Virus record (IMG/VR): IMGVR_UViG_3300017917_001172
Coordinates: 14,531-78,530 of that record
Origin: a virus
Strand: one strand, 5' to 3'
DNA length: 64,000 nt
Shown: piece by piece, positions 47,719 through 57,130 of the stretch
How positions within the stretch are numbered: position 1 is the first letter of the stretch
Layout of the letters: the number at the start of each line of letters is the position of its first letter
Notes under the pieces: generated by a model
Databases searched by the model: none
The model's input: only the letters and a program-made list of their open reading frames with translations
What the model was told of the DNA's origin: nothing
Translations under genes and position numbers: made by a program

Positions 47719-48469
47719 ATTTCATTTTACAGTTGTCTTGATGCCAACGTAAATGATTGCCTTTAGTATTTTCCTTGCCGCAATGTTCACACTTGTATAA
47801 GACGGACATTGCGGCAATATAGTTTTTACGTTCCTCTTCGGTTGGCACACGTCCTTTAATTTTAGCTCGTTGTTTTTCAACTGCTTCTCTATTTTTAGGT
47901 TTTCCTTTAAGCGATGCTGATATTTTTTGCTTAAATTCTTCTGATCTTGTGTAAGTTTTACCTAAATTTATTTCTCTTAATTTTTGTTTAGTTTCATTAG
48001 TATGAGGCTTGCGAGGTTTACCTTTTTGTTTTTTTGATTGTAACGCACGGTGTTCGTCGGTTCTAACTTTGCCAACATTTTTTCCCTTCATTGATTCGGA
48101 TAATTTCTTTTTTGCTTCTTCGCTCATTGGTTGTCGCGTTTTTCCTAAATGAGCTTTTGATATTTTTTCTTTTGTTTCATCTGACAACTTACTTCCTTTT
48201 TCTGCACCTTTGCCACCATCGCCGCCATCTGTTTGGTTTCGTAATATTCCAGTTCCCTTATCAATTCTTCCGTACCACCGAATAAGCCAACACTCTAACG
48301 CTAGACTTCCTGTAACTGTAAGATTGTTTTCAACAATAATAATTCTATTAGGATCAGTAGGCTTTCCGACTTCGTATCTGCCCTTGTCCCAAGCTCTTTT
48401 TCCAGAGCCTTTACCAATGTAATACGGAGAACCGTCCTCTCGTAAATATGCGTAAACATAGTATTTCAT
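47711..48469 (-). mobile_element. Free-standing GIY-YIG-type homing endonuclease with NUMOD3 repeats
   Basis: YYVYAY..YYIGKG, NQTDGGDG, repeated S.E.K.K.S motifs, terminal CEHC; markedly AT-rich. Confidence 0.8.
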
Positions 48470-48507
48470 ATGTTTATTTATCACCAGTTAGTTACAGTTA
48501 AGTGAAG

Positions 48508-48708
48508 TTAGATAGGAGTTTCTTTTGTTAATGCTGTTCGTGCAAACCAAAGCCTAAACCAAGCATCTGTGCCAGGCTCTATCTTGCGTTCTTGCTGTAT
48601 AGCAGCCTTCTCAGTGCCAGTCATGCTGATGTTGCTGCCCACTTGCACTGGGCTCATGCTGGCAAGATTCTTTATCCCAGCTAACGCTCTGAGAGTATCG
48701 ATATCCAT
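48508..48708 (-). CDS. Small hypothetical phage protein
   Basis: LRALAGI, NISMTGTEK, IEPGTDAWFRLWF. Confidence 0.7.
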   Translation of the reverse strand: MDIDTLRALAGIKNLASMSPVQVGSNISMTGTEKAAIQQERKIEPGTDAWFRLWFARTALTKETPI

Positions 48709-49085
48709 CAGACGCCGTACTTGTTCTTCTTCTTAGCTGCTACAGGGCTGACAGAATTAGTGTCTTCAGCTTCTTGGCTGCGCATGTCGCCGTGGTTGAG
48801 ATCTTCGTGATCAGCACCTACTGTGTTATAGGCATGCCTTAGCATCTCATGTTCAATGTCACTGTAAGGATGTGCGCTCTTCTTCTTGCCTATCCAGCTC
48901 TTAGCGTCCATCTCTATGGGATTGATGCCATCGGCACAGGCCAGCGCAAGGCTAAGCCTGTACATGGTATAATCGCTGTTCATCTTCTCGTTGTCAGAAT
49001 AGAGATGGAGACCACGTGTAGCACGTTGCTGATCGCTTGGCATCTTGCCTTGCTTAGCTTCGTTTATGAACTCCTTGGCGCGCAT
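48708..49085 (-). CDS. Putative internal head protein
   Basis: Start revised to MRAKEFINEA (TGATG coupling). Confidence 0.6.
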   Translation of the reverse strand: MRAKEFINEAKQGKMPSDQQRATRGLHLYSDNEKMNSDYTMYRLSLALACADGINPIEMDAKSWIGKKKSAHPYSDIEHEMLRHAYNTVGADHEDLNHGDMRSQEAEDTNSVSPVAAKKKNKYGV

Positions 49086-50347
49086 CACACAATCTTTGAG
49101 ACTGGCTTCTTGGACCACATCCTGCATGACCAGTAGCCAGCCTTAGTGCGATCCTTCTTGTCAGAGCAGTTGTGGCGAGCGCGGAAGTTCTTCCTGCGAG
49201 CTGGGTTGTCGCGCTTGATCTCCATGTTCTTGTCACCAAAGTTGACCTTCTTAACGTTACCACTCTTGGGATCACGCACATAGACCTTGTACTTCTTGAC
49301 GTCACCCGACATTGGCTTGCCTAGCTTAACATCGCGACCTTGATATTCTGCTTCATCGACCTTGTTCATCTTTTTTAGCTTAGCGATCTTTGTTCTGATT
49401 GCATCTAGCTCTTGGCTAAGTGGATCATTCAATCCTACTTTACCACCTTGCTTAACAATGCTGTCGATCTTATCGCTGATCTCAAGTGCTCTTGCTTGCA
49501 GCATCTTGATCTTTTCATCTCTGCGAGGTGCCATCAGATCATTACCTGCCATCTTGGCCAGCATCTTCTCTGATGTTTCTGCTAGTCCAGAAAGCTTAAG
49601 AAGGTGGTTGAGATCTTTGCTGTCTTCAAGCGTGTCTGTTACTTTCAATACCTTGTAACCTTTACCTTCGGCCTTCTCTTTGGCTTCGCTTGATGTTACT
49701 GCACTGATCTCTAGTGTTTGCTTGTCGTAAGTCTCAGGATCAACTACCAACACCTTATAGGACACTTCTGCGCCTTCAGTAGCAATAGACTCACCCCAAT
49801 CCTTGCGGTCATCTGTTTCTGAGTAACCTGCATTGTAAGCAGCGATCTCAGCAGGATCGGTCAGAGGAACCAGTTCCATCTCACCTTGCACGCCGCCAGC
49901 TTTTGGTGCTAGCTTGTGTGGCCTACGACTGCGACCATAGTAAGCATCAGCACTACCGCGATCATATGGACTACCATGAGACTTATCATGTTCTTCTTCG
50001 ATCTTGTCACCTTCTTTCCTTCCGGACATACCAGTGACAGCTCGATTGACAGAATCTCTATGCCATCTTTCCCACTTGTCTCTTTCCTTGGTGCCTTTTC
50101 TTGCGCCTGTCTTGATGTAGCCTATCTCGTTGGCATCGCGTGGATCTTCGTAATCTTCCAAGACGCCAAGTTCTTCCAATATGGCCATACCACGATCATC
50201 CATGGCCAGCGTTATACCATCTTCTGTGCTTTCTAATACTTCTGTCTCGAGATTGAGCACCTCGTTGATAGAGATGTCAAACTCATCACCCACTGAGGGC
50301 TGTGTCAATGCTAGCTCGGCTTCAGACAGATAACGCTTGAGATCCAT
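49085..50347 (-). CDS. Multi-module putative internal head protein
   Basis: MDLKRYLSEA; HGSPYDRGSADAYYGR module; C-terminal KKVNFG..RRKNFRARHNC..GYWSCRMW module. Confidence 0.6.
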   Translation of the reverse strand: MDLKRYLSEAELALTQPSVGDEFDISINEVLNLETEVLESTEDGITLAMDDRGMAILEELGVLEDYEDPRDANEIGYIKTGARKGTKERDKWERWHRDSVNRAVTGMSGRKEGDKIEEEHDKSHGSPYDRGSADAYYGRSRRPHKLAPKAGGVQGEMELVPLTDPAEIAAYNAGYSETDDRKDWGESIATEGAEVSYKVLVVDPETYDKQTLEISAVTSSEAKEKAEGKGYKVLKVTDTLEDSKDLNHLLKLSGLAETSEKMLAKMAGNDLMAPRRDEKIKMLQARALEISDKIDSIVKQGGKVGLNDPLSQELDAIRTKIAKLKKMNKVDEAEYQGRDVKLGKPMSGDVKKYKVYVRDPKSGNVKKVNFGDKNMEIKRDNPARRKNFRARHNCSDKKDRTKAGYWSCRMWSKKPVSKIV

Positions 50348-50350
50348 GTC

Positions 50351-50989
50351 TTATTCCTTGCCCATGTTTTCAAACATCTTGGCTAGCTTGCCTTCCATTT
50401 CCTTGACTGCCATTGGGTTGTCTCCACCAGCAGCGGCCTTGTAAGCGCCCTTCTGCTTGTGTAGATCATCACCGGCCGGAACAGCAGCGCCTACTTCACG
50501 CACCTTCTCGTCTGGTGTGTTAGCGTAGGCAGGATCTCTATCAGCTTCAGCAACCTTCTCATCTGCTTGCTTTGGCTCCATGCCAGCTAGCTTGAGGATG
50601 CCTACTAGTGCAGCGGCTTCGTCACCATCAGCTTGGACGACGATTGATTCCTCGACCTTGCCTTCCTTGTCCTTGACCGCCTTCTTCATTGGCTCAGACT
50701 TGTTACCGTCCTTGTCCATGTCGAGGAAGTCTGGCTTAGCAGCTTCAGTTGCCATGCTTTCCCTGACGTTAGCTTCGATGAACAGTATGACTTCCCATAG
50801 GTCGTTCACTAGCCTGTTAGCAAACCCTGGAGGAAATTGACCTGTTGACTCTGCCTGCTTGGACATGCCGCGCAGGTCACTCAGCAGGTTAATAATCTCC
50901 TTAGACGAAACTGCCTCAGTGAGATCAGCTCGGGGCTCTTGTGTTGATTCCATTGCTGATAGCTTCTTCAGCAGACTGTTCATATCCAT
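50351..50989 (-). CDS. Putative prohead core/internal protein
   Basis: Acidic; LTE-A, ATE-A and VAE-A sites; PDFLDMDKDGN motif. Confidence 0.55.
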   Translation of the reverse strand: MDMNSLLKKLSAMESTQEPRADLTEAVSSKEIINLLSDLRGMSKQAESTGQFPPGFANRLVNDLWEVILFIEANVRESMATEAAKPDFLDMDKDGNKSEPMKKAVKDKEGKVEESIVVQADGDEAAALVGILKLAGMEPKQADEKVAEADRDPAYANTPDEKVREVGAAVPAGDDLHKQKGAYKAAAGGDNPMAVKEMEGKLAKMFENMGKE

Positions 50990-51006
50990 TTACATTATCC
51001 TTGTTA

Positions 51007-52344
51007 TTACACGCAATTGTTTGTTCTTTGATCGTAGTAGAACTTACCGTTATTTGGATCAAAATGCTTGTACCAGAGTTCATTGCTTGAATAGCAAGCA
51101 ACTGCACCTGGGCCTGCATAGCATATAGCTGATCTTACTTGTCCTGGGACCTGCTTGACGTATGACTTGCAACCGACGTTGTTTGTACCAACGCTGTTGT
51201 AGTAAGCATAGTCAGGACTATCTGAGTAGATCCTTGGATTAGTTGGCTGTGGAGCTGGTGCTGGTGGGCAAGGAGTTCCAGGAATACCTGGCTCTGGTCT
51301 TGCTGTGTTTGCAAGCTGATTCCTCACTGAACCTATTCCTCTACCTATCTCATCGCACTTGGTATTGATGAAGGTCCTGTTCTTGTTGCTGATCTGATTT
51401 TGCTTCTTGACGAACCTCTCGAGCTCCTTGACATCAGCGATGAGGTTAGCATACTCTACGTCTCTGCTGACTGCGCCCTTTTCTCTAGTGCTAACAAACC
51501 TGAAGGGATCGCTAGCTCTTGCTTGCTCGATGTTTGCGCGGACCAATGCAAGCTCAGCAGCATATCCATTTGAAACGCTGTTGCTTGGCCTATTAGGTAT
51601 GTTACCTAGGCCGTTGCAGGTTGCGCTTCTCTGTGCTTCTGCAGAATCGAGAAGATTGATAGTTCCAGCTGGAACAGGATTTACAGTGACTACAGGTGGC
51701 TGGTATGTGTAGTTGTAATATGTTCCTGGCACAGCATGGTATCCGGTAGTCACGCCACCAGTATAGCTAACTGCTATGCTAGCTGCTGCGTTTGGTGGTG
51801 GATTAACAGTTATGGTGTTACCATTGACACCTACAGTCAATGGCTGGCCAACACGACCTGCTGTCACTACTGGATCTGGTGGAGGAGCTGGCTTCTTCTT
51901 CTTGCCGCTGCCGCCGCCCTTGTTGTGTACCATGATACCGTCAGCGATGAAAGCATGGGTCTTGTCAACTGTGATGTCAAACAGCTTGATCTTACCGCCC
52001 TTGTACTTGCGAACAGTGATGTCCTTGGCAAAGCCGTCGTCTGTCATGATCTGCTTGGCATCAAGTGCAGACTTGAATTCCTTGCTTGGAGTGTAGAACA
52101 GCTGGCTTGCTGCTACGATCATCTGCTTGTCGCCCGTGTCTACTTCTAGCACATCTTGGAATATGTCAGACCAGGTGTTAAGCACCCTTGACTTGGTGTA
52201 CTTGCCTGTGACGGGATCAAAGCTAGCGATCTCTTCGCCCTCTGTGATCTTGCTGATTGGCTTAACTTTTCCGTTAGCCATCAACACTGGTGTCTCTGCG
52301 GTAAATCCGCTGACCCACTCTTCATTTACCCTAGCTTTAGACAT
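51007..52344 (-). CDS. Protein with N-terminal Hint (intein-like) domain and unknown C-terminal cargo
   Basis: GFTAETPVLMANG..KPISKI..G...LFDITVDKTHAFIADGIMVHN (aa 13-141). Confidence 0.8.
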   Translation of the reverse strand: MSKARVNEEWVSGFTAETPVLMANGKVKPISKITEGEEIASFDPVTGKYTKSRVLNTWSDIFQDVLEVDTGDKQMIVAASQLFYTPSKEFKSALDAKQIMTDDGFAKDITVRKYKGGKIKLFDITVDKTHAFIADGIMVHNKGGGSGKKKKPAPPPDPVVTAGRVGQPLTVGVNGNTITVNPPPNAAASIAVSYTGGVTTGYHAVPGTYYNYTYQPPVVTVNPVPAGTINLLDSAEAQRSATCNGLGNIPNRPSNSVSNGYAAELALVRANIEQARASDPFRFVSTREKGAVSRDVEYANLIADVKELERFVKKQNQISNKNRTFINTKCDEIGRGIGSVRNQLANTARPEPGIPGTPCPPAPAPQPTNPRIYSDSPDYAYYNSVGTNNVGCKSYVKQVPGQVRSAICYAGPGAVACYSSNELWYKHFDPNNGKFYYDQRTNNCV

Positions 52345-52348
52345 GACA

Positions 52349-52528
52349 TCATCCTTCTAATTTTAGTACCATGCTTAATCCGCCTTGGCCTGGTATAGCC
52401 CTGACGGTGTATAAATCTTGAGCTTTAACTGTGTGCAAGTTAGCTGCGGCAGCTTTGTTGCCGGTGCTTACCTTGTTAGCAGCAGTCTCTACTTTCCTAG
52501 TATTTACTATAATATTTGCATTTGCCAT
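52349..52528 (-). CDS. Small 59-aa protein between the Hint genes
   Basis: MANANIIVN... starts by TGATG coupling and fills the gap. Confidence 0.45.
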   Translation of the reverse strand: MANANIIVNTRKVETAANKVSTGNKAAAANLHTVKAQDLYTVRAIPGQGGLSMVLKLEG

Positions 52529-53979
52529 CAGTATAGCCCTTCCCACTGATCTGCTGGACCAACCTTGACCCATCCTGAGTTCTTGTTATAGCCGTATAGA
52601 AAACCACGTACCGTGCGATATCTGTAATAAGCTGCACCTAAACCGCCGGTAAGAGCAGGAGTGGTAGTCGTTCCAATGCTGCTGGTAGTAGTGGTCACAT
52701 ATTGACCAGGGGCAGTCTGTACATATAGTGGGGATTGCGGCGTAACTGGTGCTGGAAGATTTATAGGTGCCGGCATGCCTGGCAAGGTATAGTCAATTGT
52801 TGATTTTCCGGTACCGACATACTTTCCTATCACACCTTTGGATCTATCTATTGGTACTCTTACCTGCGAGCATGCATTTATGACCAATGCTGTTGGACCA
52901 CCACTAGTAGTATAGTCTGTGATAGAACTGTATATTGATCTAATGTATGCGATCATCTGTAGTATTTCAGTGTTGTATATTTGCAAGGTGCTTTTATCGA
53001 ACTTCGAAATCTTCTTGCTGGCTGAAACACGGGCATAAGAATCAGCAGTTAGCTGATCTGAATATCTAAGATATTCAAGAGCAGCAGTCCTTATGGTAAA
53101 GTAATTCGTGGAGGTATAGTTGGCCATTATATCGCAGATGTAATCCAAGTTCTGCTGAAGAGCTTGGAATGCTGCATAAGCCATAGCCTCTGGTGTTGGT
53201 GCTGGTTCCTTCTTTGTCTTGCCATCGCCTTTGGTCTTCTTTAGAGATTTCTGCGAATTGTTGTTCTTTAGGTACTGGGAGTTTTGTCCGTTGCCTACCT
53301 TAGAGACACCGTTGTTTTGTCCGCCGGCACCGCCGCCAGCTCGACCAGTGCTGCTACCATTACCTAAGCCGCCACCTCTGTTATTACCAGAGCTTGATCT
53401 TGAACTGTTGCTTGTTCCTGCACCTTTGTTAAGGCCGGCGCCGCCGGGCCCTTTTGCGCTAATACCGCCTGGTCCTGCGGTTACACTCGTACCACCGGGT
53501 CCTTTTACGCTAACACCATCCTTGCCTACGCTTACGTTTCCGCCGCCAAGGTTAATATTGTGAACCCTAAACCCATTAGCAACCAAGCTGTGATGATCAT
53601 CAACCATGATGTCATACACCTTGTATTTGCCTGCTGTGGTCTTTTCCACAGTAAACGCCTTAGCATTGCCTTCTGCATCTGTGACATAAGCAGTATCGAT
53701 CGCATTGTGCCAGTCAGCACTTGGTGTTAGGAACAACTGGCCGCGAGCTACCATCACTGCGCTGTCATCAGTCTTGACTTGGATGATGTCTCGAGTGATA
53801 TAGCTAAACGTGTCAATGACTTCCATAGGCTCGAGCTCGCTAGCAGCGTCCTGCTGATCAAAGCTCATAACCCAATCGCCAGGAACGATCTTCTCGATCG
53901 GCTTCAACTTGCCGTCGGCCATCAGCACGACCGTGCCTTGTACGAATCCTACTTGTGTGTCATTGACTACAGTTTTCAT
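52528..53979 (-). CDS. Protein with N-terminal Hint domain, Gly-rich linker and helical cargo
   Basis: GFVQGTVVLMADG..KPIEKI..GD...VYDIMVDDHHSLVANGFRVHN (aa 11-141). Confidence 0.8.
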   Translation of the reverse strand: MKTVVNDTQVGFVQGTVVLMADGKLKPIEKIVPGDWVMSFDQQDAASELEPMEVIDTFSYITRDIIQVKTDDSAVMVARGQLFLTPSADWHNAIDTAYVTDAEGNAKAFTVEKTTAGKYKVYDIMVDDHHSLVANGFRVHNINLGGGNVSVGKDGVSVKGPGGTSVTAGPGGISAKGPGGAGLNKGAGTSNSSRSSSGNNRGGGLGNGSSTGRAGGGAGGQNNGVSKVGNGQNSQYLKNNNSQKSLKKTKGDGKTKKEPAPTPEAMAYAAFQALQQNLDYICDIMANYTSTNYFTIRTAALEYLRYSDQLTADSYARVSASKKISKFDKSTLQIYNTEILQMIAYIRSIYSSITDYTTSGGPTALVINACSQVRVPIDRSKGVIGKYVGTGKSTIDYTLPGMPAPINLPAPVTPQSPLYVQTAPGQYVTTTTSSIGTTTTPALTGGLGAAYYRYRTVRGFLYGYNKNSGWVKVGPADQWEGLY

Positions 53980-54569
53980 CTTGCTGAGCTCTTTACTGCT
54001 GGCATGTTGGCTTTGTTAGAGCCCACTGGGCTTGACTTGCCTTGTGGTAGATCGTTTGTGGTCTGTGCCTTAGCTGTGTTGCCTCCAGCTGCCTTGGTCT
54101 TAAACACGCTCTTGAGACCCTTGAGGAACTCCTTGTTGTGCTTGTCACCAAATGCCTGCTTCTTGTCTCCTTTTGGATATGGAGCAGTCAGCTGGACCTC
54201 ATATTCCTTTTCTTCTTCTGCTACCTCTTCTTCACGATCAGACTCGTGTGGATCGTTAGCATTGTAAACGCGAACGTTAGCTTCTGGTAGCTTAGCGCAG
54301 GAGCAGATGGTTTCCTTGATCTCACGTGGAGTAGCAGGATAGTTCACTACCACTTCCATGATGTTTACTTCGGAGTTGGTGATGTCTGGAAAGTCCTGCG
54401 GGTGCTCTTGTATTGGGGTTCTCTTGGGCTTAGAAATGCTCTCTAAACCAAACTTTTCCAGGTTGCGCTCCATAGCGTCAACTTGATCCTCAGAAACCTC
54501 GCCGGCGATCTTGACGCGGAATTCGTAGGTTTTCTGGCTCTCAATTAGGAATTCTTTGAATGATCTCAT
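53976..54569 (-). CDS. Putative head protein
   Basis: Start revised to MRSFKEFLIES; TAAATA at 54590-54595; GAGGA SD. Confidence 0.65.
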   Translation of the reverse strand: MRSFKEFLIESQKTYEFRVKIAGEVSEDQVDAMERNLEKFGLESISKPKRTPIQEHPQDFPDITNSEVNIMEVVVNYPATPREIKETICSCAKLPEANVRVYNANDPHESDREEEVAEEEKEYEVQLTAPYPKGDKKQAFGDKHNKEFLKGLKSVFKTKAAGGNTAKAQTTNDLPQGKSSPVGSNKANMPAVKSSAR

Positions 54570-54602
54570 GGTATAATCCTCGCTAAGGATATTTACCAAA
54601 GA

Positions 54603-55043
54603 TCACTGTTGCCCGCGGACTATCTTTAACAGTTCGTTGCGATCTAACACCCTAGCAGTGCCCTCTACGGTGTCATCGTTGCTGGGCACTTGCCCCTGCG
54701 ACTGCATGCGCTGTCGCTTTAGCTCTAGATCTATGGCCTTTAGCTTCTTGTCTAGCTTGGCTGTCTTGGCCATCACAGCATGGCCCAGCATCTTAGCAGC
54801 AGCTTCAAATATAGGCGCTGCGAAACGCTGCTCAACGTTCATGCCCAAGCTCATGAGATCATCAAAAGCAGTGTTTGCCTTGTTGGCTAGCTCATCCATT
54901 TCCTTGTCGCTAGTGGAAAGATCCGTGATGGCAGGTACCTGCTTGTCGATTTCATCTAAGATTTGCATCTCTTGGGATAGCTTCTCAGCATCACCGTTAG
55001 GCATGGGAGGTAGGCCAAATGTGTCTTCTAGCTGCTTTGTCAT
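54603..55043 (-). CDS. Hypothetical protein, possible terminase small subunit
   Basis: Helical 146 aa ending DRNELLK, next to gp4; assignment from size and context only. Confidence 0.35.
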   Translation of the reverse strand: MTKQLEDTFGLPPMPNGDAEKLSQEMQILDEIDKQVPAITDLSTSDKEMDELANKANTAFDDLMSLGMNVEQRFAAPIFEAAAKMLGHAVMAKTAKLDKKLKAIDLELKRQRMQSQGQVPSNDDTVEGTARVLDRNELLKIVRGQQ

Positions 55044-55051
55044 ATAGATAC

Positions 55052-55492
55052 TTAGCGTTTTCGCCCTTGATGGAACATGTCTCGCTCAGTGATCACGCGA
55101 AACGTGATGGAATTCCGCTTGGCCCAAGCAGTAGCAGCCTGCCACTTGGCTGTGTTGACAGCGACCGCTGCGGCGTTCTGCCTGTTCTTGCCTGCTGCTT
55201 CCATGGTAGACTGGCTAGATGGTTTGACTTCCACTAGCTCTGCACGTTGGTTGCCGTTCTTGTCTTGATACATGACAAAGAAGTCAGGCACATAAACGCT
55301 CTGCTTGCCTGTCAAGGGGTTCCTATATGGGATCTTCACTGCTTCGCTAGCCCATTGTATTATGTTGGGATGGTTGTCACAGAAAGTCATGAAACTAAAT
55401 TCCCAGCTTGACCTATAGGTAGGTTGCTTAGTGCCTACATACTTTTCTGGATGCTTGAGAGTGAACTTTCCCTGAGCCCACTTCTTGTTCAT
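55052..55492 (-). CDS. gp4: Head completion nuclease (T4 gp4-like)
   Basis: PEKYVG, YRSSWE..FM..CD, WASE, YVPDF, EVKP, KWQAA, ITE. Confidence 0.9.
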   Translation of the reverse strand: MNKKWAQGKFTLKHPEKYVGTKQPTYRSSWEFSFMTFCDNHPNIIQWASEAVKIPYRNPLTGKQSVYVPDFFVMYQDKNGNQRAELVEVKPSSQSTMEAAGKNRQNAAAVAVNTAKWQAATAWAKRNSITFRVITERDMFHQGRKR

Positions 55493-55860
55493 GAATGTAT
55501 GTTCCTAGTCACGTAGGGATCAGGCTCAGGAATGTTCGCATAACCTAGCTTGCTCGTTGGACGCCTGTCAGAATTGAGCAAGGCTACTAGAGCAGCCTTG
55601 AAGCTCTGATCATCATTGATCTTCTTGAAGTCCTCGATCAACCCTATGGGATCGATGCCTCTGCCTTGTGCTAGCACCATCACGCTAGAAGTCAATGCTT
55701 CTGCGGCCGACCTGTCGTTACGAGTCCTGCCTAGGAAAAAAGCTAGCACCGCATCATAAACTGATCCAGCTACGGTTACGTTCTTGCTATAGAATCCAGC
55801 AAAGTAGTTGTTGACCTTTTCGTCATTGGACGGTTTAGTGGTCAATGGTAGATTAGACAT
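55489..55860 (-). CDS. Hypothetical protein
   Basis: 123-aa ORF coupled within the tail/head operon. Confidence 0.65.
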   Translation of the reverse strand: MSNLPLTTKPSNDEKVNNYFAGFYSKNVTVAGSVYDAVLAFFLGRTRNDRSAAEALTSSVMVLAQGRGIDPIGLIEDFKKINDDQSFKAALVALLNSDRRPTSKLGYANIPEPDPYVTRNIHS

Positions 55861-57064
55861 AAGGTGCGCTCCTGGTCCTTGAATCGGTGCTAGGCAATGG
55901 CGGGTATGATTCTAAGAAAGCTTGCTGCTCTGCAGGAGTTAATCCTGCTGGAATCTTAGGGTCTATTATCAGAGAAGAAGTTATCTCGTTGTTGACCGTG
56001 AACTGGCCTATGGAGCTCTGTTGATTGCTAGATATTGCTGCACCATTGCTAGTCACCTTAGTTGATCTATTGACTATGCCTTGGCTAATCCTCAACTGTG
56101 CATTGATGTCAACTAGGTTGCTGAGATTGTTGATCTCGGTTGCTGTAGGGAAGCTGAAACGCCTGTTCCTCTGTAAGCTATTAGCAGCATTGACCTTGAT
56201 CTGCTGCTGCTGTTGCTTGCTAACCTTGACTGGTGCTATAGGCTGTAGATCGAAATTGCTTATAGGAAGCAATCTTGGCCTAGATACCTGTTCCCGTTCG
56301 GTAAAATCAACTTGCTTGCGAGTCTGCGGTACTGGATTAAATCCTGGTTTCAGATCAGAAAAAGCATTATCGTAATAAGGGCTAGTGACGCCAAATCCAG
56401 GTATAGCCTCAGTGACACCATCAGCGTACAGCACGTTCTCATATTCTAGTCGCATGGTAGCCTGCATGATCTTGCCACCTTCAGCATAATCGTGGGTATC
56501 AAAATCAAAGCTTGATATCATGGGATTGATCAAGGTGTACTTGTTATACACATGGTCGCCCATGCTGTATATTTCCACGCTCTTGAGGAATCTTCCTTGG
56601 GTGTTATTATCAAGGCCATATTTGGTAGCTAATCTTACTGGGCTGTAAGTGTCGTCTATCTCATAAGCTTGTGCCGTGATGTTGCTGTCAGCAAAGTAAT
56701 ACTGATTGTAAGTACGCCACATGTTTCGTATGGTGCCATTCCTGTCATCATGGAACACTATGCTTACTGGTTCGTAAGTGATCTTCTTCTGGAACACTTC
56801 TTTCTTGTTGTACTTGTTGAGCACGTCAGTTTCTATGTTAAACTTAGGTAGATCAACAGACTTGACTAATATGCTTAGCGTGATAGGATCTGCTGCTCCC
56901 TGCTGGTTGAAAACCATGCGCACATGGAAGCTAAAGCCAAACTTTGGCGCATTAGTATAACCAGGGTCGCTTACATAAGCATAGCTAGCATGGCGAAAAT
57001 CTCGCACGTTGCCTAGCTTTTTCTTAGATCCATTGTTTGATTTATCGTCACTAACTTTTGCCAT
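55853..57064 (-). CDS. Tail tube-like baseplate/tube initiator protein
   Basis: VKSVDLPK, YNKK, YEPVSIVFHDD, LINPMI, LEYE resemble the tube fold; TATAAATA at 57072-57079. Confidence 0.6.
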   Translation of the reverse strand: MAKVSDDKSNNGSKKKLGNVRDFRHASYAYVSDPGYTNAPKFGFSFHVRMVFNQQGAADPITLSILVKSVDLPKFNIETDVLNKYNKKEVFQKKITYEPVSIVFHDDRNGTIRNMWRTYNQYYFADSNITAQAYEIDDTYSPVRLATKYGLDNNTQGRFLKSVEIYSMGDHVYNKYTLINPMISSFDFDTHDYAEGGKIMQATMRLEYENVLYADGVTEAIPGFGVTSPYYDNAFSDLKPGFNPVPQTRKQVDFTEREQVSRPRLLPISNFDLQPIAPVKVSKQQQQQIKVNAANSLQRNRRFSFPTATEINNLSNLVDINAQLRISQGIVNRSTKVTSNGAAISSNQQSSIGQFTVNNEITSSLIIDPKIPAGLTPAEQQAFLESYPPLPSTDSRTRSAPYV

Positions 57065-57082
57065 CGTACATTATTTATAGCC

Positions 57083-57112
57083 AAAAAAAAGCCCAGCTTA
57101 TTGCTGGGCTTT
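57083..57112 (-). terminator. Rho-independent terminator after the tail tube gene
   Basis: AAAGCCCAGC-AATAA-GCTGGGC followed by T8. Confidence 0.85.
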
Positions 57113-57130
57113 CTTGATATGTTGTTTCTA

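Noticed and set aside
53280-53550. Gly-rich GPGG repeats as a DNA repeat element
   Set aside because: This is a low-complexity protein linker with degenerate codons, not a tandem DNA repeat.
51007-53979. True splicing inteins or a Bil-type ubiquitin-like defence system
   Set aside because: There is no Cys/Ser1, no +1 nucleophile, no endonuclease and no host extein, and no E1/E2/Ubl genes nearby.
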